This document shows positions 49,052 through 57,641 of a stretch of 64,000 nucleotides of DNA, one piece after another. Within the stretch, counting starts at the first letter, position 1. Each line of letters starts with the position of its first letter. Both the position numbers and the translations under genes were made by a program. Below the pieces are notes generated by a model. That model saw only the letters and a list, made by a program, of their open reading frames with translations, was not told the DNA's origin and searched no databases. The DNA comes from a virus: positions 8,030-72,029 of IMG/VR virus record IMGVR_UViG_3300030109_006070; one strand, 5' to 3'.

Positions 49052-49810
49052 ATGATACCTGTATTCAAATCCACCTACTCAATAGGGAAGAGTATATTGA
49101 CTCTTGATGATAGTGAGAAAGAAGGTGGTCCAGATAGTATTTTTGCGATTTGCGAAGAGAACGACATTAAGTCACTGGTTCTTGTTGAAGATTCAATGAC
49201 TGGCTTTGTCACAGCTCATAACAAATGCAAAGAGAAGGGGATGGATTTAGTTTTTGGTTTAAGATTGATTTGTTGCAACGATATCTCTCAAGATGATAAT
49301 TCAGATCACAAAATTGTTATTTTCGCAAACGATGATGATGGCTGTAGGCTGCTATACAAAATCTACTCTCACGCTCACACAGGTAATGGCAAAGTAGATT
49401 TTAAGTTTTTGAATTCGGTGTGGGATGACAGCGTAAAATTAATCATACCGTTTTACGATTCTTTTATCTTCAACAATAATTTTCACTTGAGAAAATGTGT
49501 TCCTGACTTCAACAATATAAATCCTACATTTTGGGTCGAAGATAACGGATTACCTTTTGATCAGCTTTTAAAAGAGAAAGTCCTGAAGTTCGCTCAAGGC
49601 AATCTTTTTACAGAAAATAGACCGATAAGAAAAGTTAAAAGCATTTTTTATAAGAATAGGGAGGATGTCGAGGCTTTACAAACATATAAAATCCTTTGCA
49701 ATAGAAACTTTGGAAGAGTTGCAACTTTAAGCTGTCCTAATTTAAACCATTTCGGCAGTAATGAATTTTGCTTTGAATCATATTTAGAAAATGAACGAAC
49801 CACTGCTTAG
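49052..49810 (+). CDS. Stand-alone PHP domain of DNA polymerase III alpha (probably inactive)
   Basis: KSTYSIGKS, VEDSMTGF, VFGL, G..L.KIYS match DnaE N-terminus with His ligands missing. Confidence 0.75.
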   Translation: MIPVFKSTYSIGKSILTLDDSEKEGGPDSIFAICEENDIKSLVLVEDSMTGFVTAHNKCKEKGMDLVFGLRLICCNDISQDDNSDHKIVIFANDDDGCRLLYKIYSHAHTGNGKVDFKFLNSVWDDSVKLIIPFYDSFIFNNNFHLRKCVPDFNNINPTFWVEDNGLPFDQLLKEKVLKFAQGNLFTENRPIRKVKSIFYKNREDVEALQTYKILCNRNFGRVATLSCPNLNHFGSNEFCFESYLENERTTA

Positions 49811-50423
49811 ATTTAACAAAAAACAAAGATATATAGTCTTTGACACAGAAACTGAAGGATTGAATTTAATTACCTCTAGGCCTTGGCAGGTCGCTTGGCT
49901 AGTGGTTGAGGGCGATAAAATTGTGGCTCGGAATGATATGTTCATTCATTGGCCTAATCTTAATGTTTCAGAGGGAGCCGCTAAAGTGACAGGGTTTTCC
50001 ACAAAAGAATACAATAAGAAATGCAAGGCTCCAAATCAAGTATGGGAAGAATTTTCTAAAGATCTTTATGATGAAAATAACTTGATCGTCGGACAAAATT
50101 TATTAGGTTTTGATGTTTACATGGTAAATATTTGGAGAAAGTTGATGGGTAAAAAGCCTGACTATTCATTTGTTTCTAGGATTATAGATACAAAATCTTT
50201 AGCTACCGCCATTGCAAAAAAAATTCCTGTAGACAAGGATGATTTTATTGGGTGGCAATACAGACTTTTAAACCACAAAGAAAGAGGTCTTAAAACCTCA
50301 CAAGCGACACTTTTGAAGAACTATAATATCGATCACGATCCCAAAAGATTGCATGATGCGCTGTATGACATTGAAATGAACTTCAAAGTTTTTCGTAAAC
50401 AACTTTTTGATTTAGAGATATGA
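49791..50423 (+). CDS. DEDDh 3'-5' exonuclease (DnaQ-like)
   Basis: FDTETEG, N..GFD, IDT, HDALYD. Confidence 0.9.
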   Translation: MNEPLLRFNKKQRYIVFDTETEGLNLITSRPWQVAWLVVEGDKIVARNDMFIHWPNLNVSEGAAKVTGFSTKEYNKKCKAPNQVWEEFSKDLYDENNLIVGQNLLGFDVYMVNIWRKLMGKKPDYSFVSRIIDTKSLATAIAKKIPVDKDDFIGWQYRLLNHKERGLKTSQATLLKNYNIDHDPKRLHDALYDIEMNFKVFRKQLFDLEI

Positions 50424-52975
50424 GCAACTCCAGTTACACAGGTTATAAAACTCCTTTTCCAGTCGGCGTAAAGCTGCCAGAAATTAAAATAGAAAAAAAA
50501 TATTACGAAGAAGTCTCTTGTGGAGACCTGGAGGATAACTATCAGTTTCTTAGGAAGCTATGCTTTAAAAGATTAAAGGAGAAGGGGATAGATAAGTTAG
50601 ATAACTCTCAAGTTTACTACGATAGATTAAAAGAGGAGCTTTCTATCTTTCAAGAGTTGGGTTTCGTAGATTACATCCTGCTAAACTGGGATATAATGAA
50701 TTTTTGCCAAGAAAACGATATCCCTACTGGAGCTGGAAGAGGAAGCGCAGCAGGTTCTTTAGTTTTATATGTTATAAGCGTCACTAATATTGATCCTATT
50801 GAATATGATTTGTTTTTTGAGAGGTTCGTTTCTAAAAGTAGGGCTAAAAAAATAGAACACAATGGTGAAACTTTTCTAGATGGCAGCTTGCTTGCTGATG
50901 TCGATAACGATATCTCTTACGATAGAAGAGCTGAAGTCATCCAATATATTGAAAAGAAGTATAAAGGTAAGACTTCTAAAATTTTAACTCTTAATACTCT
51001 AAGCGGCAAACTCTGCATGAAAGAATGCGGCAAAATTGTAGAGGAGCTATCAGAAATGGATGTTAATCAAATTAGTGACACCATCCCTAAAAACTTTGGC
51101 ATCGTTTCTAAGCTTAGAGCCGCTTATGAAGAAAGCGAGACATTCAAAGCTTATGCTGACAAGTATCCTAAAGTATATAAAATAGCGAAAAAATTAGAAG
51201 GTTTAAACAAAAACACTGGAGTTCACCCTTCTGGAATATCTATTTCTTTTTATGATCTGGAAGATATCATGCCATTACAACTGACAAATGATGAAGCTTT
51301 AGTTTCTGGTTATGACATGAATGATGTGGCTAGTTTAAGTGTTAAATTCGACATTTTGGGACTTAGAACTCTTTCGGTTGTCCATGATGTTTGCAAGCAA
51401 ATAGGTATTCAAGCTTCAAACATAAATCCTCATGATGAGTTAATTTATACAGCCCTTTCTAATTTAAGATCTCCCCAAGGATTATTCCAAATCGAAGCTG
51501 AAACTAATTATAAAGTTTGTAAACTTATATCCCCTCAAAACTTAGAGCAATTATCGGCAGTAGTTGCTATAGCAAGACCTGGAGCTTTAGATTTCAAAGA
51601 CAGATATGCAGAGTATGTTAAGACAGGAGATTTCCAGTCTGTTCATGAATATTTTGATGATATCTTGAGCTACACAGGAGGTATTCCCCTTTACCAAGAG
51701 CAGTTAATGAAAATGGCTGTTAAAGTCGGATTTAGTCTCGATGAAGCGGAGCAGTTACGGCGTATAGTCGGAAAGAAAAAAGTTGATCAAATGCCAGCTT
51801 GGAAAATTAAGATCGAGGAAAAGATTCAAAAAAACAAATTAGATCCAAATATTGGAGATGTTTTATGGAGAGTCGCCGAAGATTCTGCGAACTATTCTTT
51901 TAACAAATCTCACTCCATTAGTTATGCATATTTAGCGGCTATAACCGTTTATTTAAAATTTAGTTATCCTCAAGAATTCTTTTTAAGTCTTTTAAAATAT
52001 GCCAAGTATGAACCTAATTCTCATGAAGAGATAGCTAAGATATCTCAAGAGCTTTCGCATTTTGATATAAAATTATTGCCTCCTGATTTAAATAAATCAG
52101 ATATCGATTTTAAAATCGAAGGCAAAAACATTCGATATGGTCTGAACTCAATTAAGGGTGTTTCTACTAAAGTTTTGCAGTCACTGTTGGATTTCAGGGA
52201 AGATTCTTTTTCTAATAAATACGAGGTATTTTTATCTGCCAAGCAAGCTAGTTTAAACATCGGGATGCTTTCTGCATTAATCCAAGCTGGCTTGTTAGAT
52301 TCTTTTGTAAAAAGCAATCGTCCTCGCTTAGTTTTAGAAGCCCAGACATTTAATATCCTTACAGACAGAGAAAAAAGAAATCTTATATCTATGGGGGAGA
52401 GATATGATTATGATATCATAACCGCTATCCATGAAGTGAAAAAAGAGGGCATGGTGGGAGATGATAACAGGAAGATCTTCGCTGATAAACGATTTGAAAC
52501 ATTCCGTAAAAAATTCCAACCATATAAAGATATTTACGAGATGAATAAAGAGCATATTAAATATGCTAATTGGTTTTTTGAAGAAAAGCTTTTAGGATAT
52601 AGTTACTCCTACAACATAAGACAGGTTTTTAGCTATGAAGGGGATTTTCATTCCGCAGATACAGTAAAAGATCTAAATGAGCGATCTAATATAAAATTTG
52701 TGGGAGTTTTAACCGATATTATGCGTAGAACTAGCAGAAATGGCAATAAATATGCCCGTCTTACAATGCAGGATGAAGGAGGCGTTTTAGAGGGGCTTTT
52801 CTTAGACAGCGCTAGAGACGCTCGGTTGACAGATTACTTAAATTCTGGAAAGAAATTGCCCAAAAAGTCCGATGTCGTGATAATATATGGGTCAAAAGGA
52901 GATGATATTGTGTTTGTAGACAAAATATTTCCTCTTAAAGATAAAATCTACATGAAACTATCTGAACTTAAATAG
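50420..52975 (+). CDS. dnaE: DNA polymerase III alpha, catalytic part
   Basis: GRGSAAGS, FERF, DVDND, HPSG, KFDILGL, YQEQ, YSFNKSH; OB domain at the end. Confidence 0.95.
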   Translation: MSNSSYTGYKTPFPVGVKLPEIKIEKKYYEEVSCGDLEDNYQFLRKLCFKRLKEKGIDKLDNSQVYYDRLKEELSIFQELGFVDYILLNWDIMNFCQENDIPTGAGRGSAAGSLVLYVISVTNIDPIEYDLFFERFVSKSRAKKIEHNGETFLDGSLLADVDNDISYDRRAEVIQYIEKKYKGKTSKILTLNTLSGKLCMKECGKIVEELSEMDVNQISDTIPKNFGIVSKLRAAYEESETFKAYADKYPKVYKIAKKLEGLNKNTGVHPSGISISFYDLEDIMPLQLTNDEALVSGYDMNDVASLSVKFDILGLRTLSVVHDVCKQIGIQASNINPHDELIYTALSNLRSPQGLFQIEAETNYKVCKLISPQNLEQLSAVVAIARPGALDFKDRYAEYVKTGDFQSVHEYFDDILSYTGGIPLYQEQLMKMAVKVGFSLDEAEQLRRIVGKKKVDQMPAWKIKIEEKIQKNKLDPNIGDVLWRVAEDSANYSFNKSHSISYAYLAAITVYLKFSYPQEFFLSLLKYAKYEPNSHEEIAKISQELSHFDIKLLPPDLNKSDIDFKIEGKNIRYGLNSIKGVSTKVLQSLLDFREDSFSNKYEVFLSAKQASLNIGMLSALIQAGLLDSFVKSNRPRLVLEAQTFNILTDREKRNLISMGERYDYDIITAIHEVKKEGMVGDDNRKIFADKRFETFRKKFQPYKDIYEMNKEHIKYANWFFEEKLLGYSYSYNIRQVFSYEGDFHSADTVKDLNERSNIKFVGVLTDIMRRTSRNGNKYARLTMQDEGGVLEGLFLDSARDARLTDYLNSGKKLPKKSDVVIIYGSKGDDIVFVDKIFPLKDKIYMKLSELK

Positions 52976-52986
52976 TGTAAAGAATT

Positions 52987-55437
52987 ATGATGGGTCTAAC
53001 TGATTTCAATTTAACCCCCAAAGCAAAGAAGGGACTAAAAGATTCTCAAAAATTTGCAGAAGCTAATGGTCATACCTTAGTAACCACTGCACATCTAGTG
53101 TATGGTTGTCTAATTAACATTTCTGATAGCTGCGCTGTCAGATTAAAAACTTATGGTATTTCTTTCGAGGGAGATAAGTTTATTAAATTATTTAAAAAAT
53201 ACGCTTCTGAAAACAAAGATTACTTCCAAGCTTCGAAAGGCCAAGGCGGTTGGCATGAAGATGTAAATGAAATCATATTTTTTGCTAAAGATTTTTCTGA
53301 CAATTTTGATAGCTACTTTATAGGTATAGAACACATTCTATATACTATTTTGGATATGGAGGGTCACTTTATCGAATACATGAAGGCTAATGGGATCGAC
53401 ACCATACATGCTAAAGATATTATTGAGACTTATATTTTAGAGACCAGTATCCCTCCTACAGATCAATTAAAAAATATTATTTTAGATCCTGCTAGATTAG
53501 ATATAGAAGGTAAATTTAAAATAAAAACAAAAAAAGAAGCTGGCGAAGGACCGCTGCCTAATTTGACAAAATATTGCGTCAATTTGAACGAAAGATTTGT
53601 TTCTCAAAAATCTTCTAAAGTTTCAGGCAGAGATAAGGAAATTCATGAACTAGTAGAAATTTTATCCAAAAAGAACAAAAGTAATGCGATTTTAGTAGGG
53701 GATGCGGGTGTCGGCAAAACAGCAATAGTAGAAGGCCTTGTCCAAAAAATAATCAGTCAGGAATGCCCCCCTCATATGTCTCTGATGCAAATTTGCGCTG
53801 TAGATATAAGCGCTATGATAGCTGGCACAAAATATAGAGGAGAGTTCGAGGAAAGGTTTAAATCTCTTATAGCTGAAGTGGAGAAAGAACCAAACATTAT
53901 TCTGTTTTTTGATGAAATCCACACTATAATTGGTGCTGGAAATTCTGAAGGCGCAGTTGACGCTTCTAACATGCTCAAACCAGCTTTAGCGAGAGGTGAC
54001 ATAAAATGTATAGGAGCCACAACAGCTCAAGAGTATAAAAAATTCTTTGAGAAAGACACTGCTATGAAGCGGAGATTCGATAAAATTTTTGTAGAGGAGC
54101 CTTCTAAAAGCGCCACTAAAGAAATTGTGATGAATGCTTTGTCTTATTACGAAGATTTCCACCATGTGAAATACACAGAAGGAGATATAGATACTATTAT
54201 TGATTTATGCGAAAAATTCTTAAGCAATAAAAGATTCCCAGATAAAGCTTTTGATATAATTGATCAATTAGGGGCTAGAACAAAAATTAAATATAATGAG
54301 GTTCCTTCTAATGTGGAAGATGTAAGAACTGCTTTTTGTGAGTTTTTAATGGGGACTTCTGAAGATGAAAAAATAGATGAAGATAAATTTACAATTCTTC
54401 TAAAAGATTATCTTGAGGTGATGGCCCGTTATGGAGAAAAAAAAGGAAGAAAGCAAAAGATAAGGCAAAAAGATATTCTTTCTGTTTTTAAAGATAAAAC
54501 TGGCTTGTCTCCCAAAACAATAGCAAAAAACACTTCTTCTTTTTCAGGCTTCGCTAAACAAATGAATAGTGAAGTCTTTGGTCAAGAAGATAATATCGAA
54601 GTGATTCATAACACTCTAGCTTGCGTAAAAGCAGGTTTAAATGACCCTTCGAAGCCTTTAAGTAATTTTCTTTTTATCGGAGACACAAGCGTGGGTAAAA
54701 CTTTTACAGCTAAAAAGATAGCTAAATATTTTCTAGGTAATGAAAAGTCTTTCTTGCAGCTTAATATGAGTGAATATCAAGACAAGACGGGCATCTCTAA
54801 ATTAATGGGGGCTAATGCGGGTTATGTAGGCTATGAAGAGGGAGGTCTTCTTACAGAGTTTGTTAGGAATAATCCTAACTGTGTGATTCTATTTGATGAA
54901 GTAGAGAAGTGTGAACCTAAAGTCTTAGATATTCTTTTGCATATTTTAGATGAAGGCTACGCTACAGACAATTTAAATAGAGAAATCGATTTTACTAAAT
55001 CAATAATTGTGATGACTTCTAATTTAGGCCATAGAGAAAAGTCTAAAAAAAGCATGGGTTTTATTCCAACCAAGCAAGACGAAAAAAGCGTTTATCACGA
55101 ATCAATTAAGAAATATTTTAGACCTGAACTATTAGCTCGCGTTGATGAAGTTTTAGTGTTTAACGAGCTGGGCGAGAGGGAGTTGAGAAAAATTATTAAA
55201 AAAGAGCTAGAACAGATACAAATTAGGCTTAAAGAAAGATCTATAGATATCTCGTTCAAAAAAAACGTAGAGAAATATATTTTTAATGAAATTAAAAACA
55301 AAAAAAATCACGCCAGACAAATAAAGAATTTGGTAAAATCTCTCATTCAAATACCTATTTCAAATTATATTGTCAAAAACAGAAATATAGAGAAAATTTC
55401 TCTAAATGTGGTTGACAAAGCATTAGACTTCGCCTAA
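52987..55437 (+). CDS. clpC: ClpC/ClpA-type AAA+ ATPase
   Basis: Clp N-domain, two Walker A motifs (GDAGVGKT, GDTSVGKT), GYVG pore loop, MGF ClpP-docking motif. Confidence 0.85.
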   Translation: MMGLTDFNLTPKAKKGLKDSQKFAEANGHTLVTTAHLVYGCLINISDSCAVRLKTYGISFEGDKFIKLFKKYASENKDYFQASKGQGGWHEDVNEIIFFAKDFSDNFDSYFIGIEHILYTILDMEGHFIEYMKANGIDTIHAKDIIETYILETSIPPTDQLKNIILDPARLDIEGKFKIKTKKEAGEGPLPNLTKYCVNLNERFVSQKSSKVSGRDKEIHELVEILSKKNKSNAILVGDAGVGKTAIVEGLVQKIISQECPPHMSLMQICAVDISAMIAGTKYRGEFEERFKSLIAEVEKEPNIILFFDEIHTIIGAGNSEGAVDASNMLKPALARGDIKCIGATTAQEYKKFFEKDTAMKRRFDKIFVEEPSKSATKEIVMNALSYYEDFHHVKYTEGDIDTIIDLCEKFLSNKRFPDKAFDIIDQLGARTKIKYNEVPSNVEDVRTAFCEFLMGTSEDEKIDEDKFTILLKDYLEVMARYGEKKGRKQKIRQKDILSVFKDKTGLSPKTIAKNTSSFSGFAKQMNSEVFGQEDNIEVIHNTLACVKAGLNDPSKPLSNFLFIGDTSVGKTFTAKKIAKYFLGNEKSFLQLNMSEYQDKTGISKLMGANAGYVGYEEGGLLTEFVRNNPNCVILFDEVEKCEPKVLDILLHILDEGYATDNLNREIDFTKSIIVMTSNLGHREKSKKSMGFIPTKQDEKSVYHESIKKYFRPELLARVDEVLVFNELGERELRKIIKKELEQIQIRLKERSIDISFKKNVEKYIFNEIKNKKNHARQIKNLVKSLIQIPISNYIVKNRNIEKISLNVVDKALDFA

Positions 55438-55440
55438 TAT
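55412..55440 (+). promoter_or_regulatory. sigma70-type promoter
   Basis: TTGACA-N17-TAATAT at the end of clpC. Confidence 0.65.
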
Positions 55441-55485
55441 ACTCCTATGGTCGCCTTAAATATTGAGGTGGTTTTGCTCATGTCG

Positions 55486-55520
55486 AGAAACCCTCCCTTG
55501 AAAAAGGGGGGGTTTCTTTT
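55486..55520 (+). terminator. Rho-independent terminator
   Basis: AGAAACCCTCCC-TTGAAAAA-GGGGGGGTTTCT then TTT. Confidence 0.8.
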
Positions 55521-55530
55521 ACTATAGACA

Positions 55531-56595
55531 ATGAAACTTTCTTCGCTTTTTAAAGGAAAAGTCTACGCTTTCCCTCAAACACAAAATCAAGATCAAGATT
55601 TAGCTTTTGCTAAAAAAGTTGTTGGAAAAGTTAATCCTTCCCTAGAAATTGATAGCATTTCTGTGGGCAAAATTGAAGATAACTATGATGTTTTTTTGAT
55701 AAAAGATAAAAACAAAAACAACTACAAACTTAAAATATCTCTAGACGATTCAGATGGGGTTTTAAAAAAAGAAGCTAACATTATAAAAAACTGCCAATCA
55801 AAAACCGTTCCCACCTTTAAGAGTTATGGCCAAATTAAAATTGGAGAAGACATTTCTTATTTGTTTACTTCTGTCCCTGAATACGAAAGCGTCAGAAACT
55901 ACGGAAGATCGTGTTTAATGGAAAATTTAAATTTGTTTTTTAGAAACTATGTAGATTTTCAAAAGACAAAATCAGTCAAGCCGACATATAATACATCTTT
56001 AAAGAAATTTTTGTTAAATTTAGACCCTGTTAATTATTTACCAAAAGACTCCCTGCAAGCTTTCGAAAGTTATACAGATTACCCTTTATGCCGTAAATTC
56101 ATGAACGATTTAAGAGAAGAGTCTTTATCTTTAATAGAAAACGTAGATCTACCTTATAAATTTAAATGTCATGGGGGCTTATCTTTAGATAGTATTTTTT
56201 TTGATAAAAAAATGTTTTACTTTGATAACTTTGAGTTTGTTTTTATGGGTCACCCATTTATAGATTTAACAGATTTGCTATTAGAGTTGGGTATACCTGA
56301 AGAGAGTCAGTATGCAATTCTATCTAAATTCTGCTTAGAAACAAAAATCCCTGAAGATAGAGAGCTTTTTGACAAATTATACCAAATACAGTTGAGAAAG
56401 AAGCTGGGGGATCTTATATCTAACTACATAAAAGAAATTTATGTTTATGATTCTTACAGATATGATAATATCTTGAATATAGCTGATGTCTTTTCACATT
56501 GTTACGAAAGGTTCTGTAAAATAGAAATCTTCAATAAAAATAGAGATTTTATAATGAAAACAATCTGTGAGCCTATTTTTGGTGTAAAAGCTTAA
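55531..56595 (+). CDS. APH/choline-kinase-fold protein, possibly a pseudokinase
   Basis: YKLK..E, CHGGL (HGD-like), FDNFE, GHPFIDL. Confidence 0.6.
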   Translation: MKLSSLFKGKVYAFPQTQNQDQDLAFAKKVVGKVNPSLEIDSISVGKIEDNYDVFLIKDKNKNNYKLKISLDDSDGVLKKEANIIKNCQSKTVPTFKSYGQIKIGEDISYLFTSVPEYESVRNYGRSCLMENLNLFFRNYVDFQKTKSVKPTYNTSLKKFLLNLDPVNYLPKDSLQAFESYTDYPLCRKFMNDLREESLSLIENVDLPYKFKCHGGLSLDSIFFDKKMFYFDNFEFVFMGHPFIDLTDLLLELGIPEESQYAILSKFCLETKIPEDRELFDKLYQIQLRKKLGDLISNYIKEIYVYDSYRYDNILNIADVFSHCYERFCKIEIFNKNRDFIMKTICEPIFGVKA

Positions 56596-56597
56596 GT

Positions 56598-57119
56598 ATG
56601 CCACTACCATCACCTAGAGACGGAGAAAAGAAGTCTAAGTTCATGAGTCGCTGTATGGTTGATCTCACGGCCAAAGACGAATTTAAGGACGTAAAACAAA
56701 GAGCTGCTGTGTGCGCCTCTCAATTTGATAAAGCTGAAAGTAAAGCTTCTGTTGTTGTCGTTAACCCTTGGGATGAAACTGAAAACTTTATGTTTTTTAG
56801 TGATTCAGCTAAAACCGCCAATAAACACTATTTTGAAACTAAAGAAGAAGCTTTAAAAGATGCTAAAAAATTAGGCCTTAAAGGTTTTCATAGCCATAAA
56901 ACAGATACTGGTAAAACTTTATATATGGCTGGACCAAGCCACGAAGCTTTCATGAAGCGTCATGATGAAGTTTTGAAAGAAAAAGAATCAGATAGCAGTC
57001 TTTGGGAAAACATTAGAAAAAAGAGGGAAAGAATTAAAAGTGGCTCTGGAGAAAAGATGCGTAAAAAGGGAGACAAAGGCGCTCCAACTCCCGAACAAAT
57101 TAAAAAAGCTAAAGATTAA
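56598..57119 (+). CDS. Modular small basic phage protein, probably virion/late
   Basis: Three modules (MPLPSP..FMSRCM..QRAAVC; KLGLKGFHSH..YMAG; LWENIRKKRERI..GAPT); GTGTAA 10 nt upstream. Confidence 0.6.
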   Translation: MPLPSPRDGEKKSKFMSRCMVDLTAKDEFKDVKQRAAVCASQFDKAESKASVVVVNPWDETENFMFFSDSAKTANKHYFETKEEALKDAKKLGLKGFHSHKTDTGKTLYMAGPSHEAFMKRHDEVLKEKESDSSLWENIRKKRERIKSGSGEKMRKKGDKGAPTPEQIKKAKD

Positions 57120-57158
57120 TTTATGTAGAAAAAAAGCTTTAGATGCTTAGTATTCTAC

Positions 57159-57641
57159 ATGATTGTTCAGTATTATAAGCCTAACTCTAAGAATACGGGC
57201 TGCGCGTTTAGTTTTGATATCGGAGCTAATAACAAAAACCAAGAACCTTGTGTTTATATTCGTGCTGTCAAACAATATTCTTGGAATGACAAAACGCGAA
57301 CAGGCTCTTTTTCTGAAAACGCAAAAGATCCCGATAAGTCAATTTCTATAAAATTAAACGAAAATGAAATAGGTGGATTTATCCATGCGATAGAAAAATA
57401 TACAGAGTTTTCTGCGTTTCATTCTTACGAAGATAATAAAACTTCGATTTCATTTAAGCCTTATAAAAAGAAAGATGGCACTGCCGCTTTTTCTTTCGGA
57501 GTGACTCGTAATTCGGCTAATAAGTTTGGTATTGGTGTCGAAATGTCAGAAGCTTATAATCTTCTAGAGTTTTGCAAATTTTACCTACAGGAGCTTTATA
57601 TTAATCGTCTCACAAAAAATAATAGCTTGCGCGATAAATGA
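57159..57641 (+). CDS. Hypothetical protein, possible PC4/Whirly-like ssDNA-binding fold
   Basis: Two beta-sheet plus helix repeats (ISIKLNENEIG; GVEMSEAY). Confidence 0.45.
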   Translation: MIVQYYKPNSKNTGCAFSFDIGANNKNQEPCVYIRAVKQYSWNDKTRTGSFSENAKDPDKSISIKLNENEIGGFIHAIEKYTEFSAFHSYEDNKTSISFKPYKKKDGTAAFSFGVTRNSANKFGIGVEMSEAYNLLEFCKFYLQELYINRLTKNNSLRDK

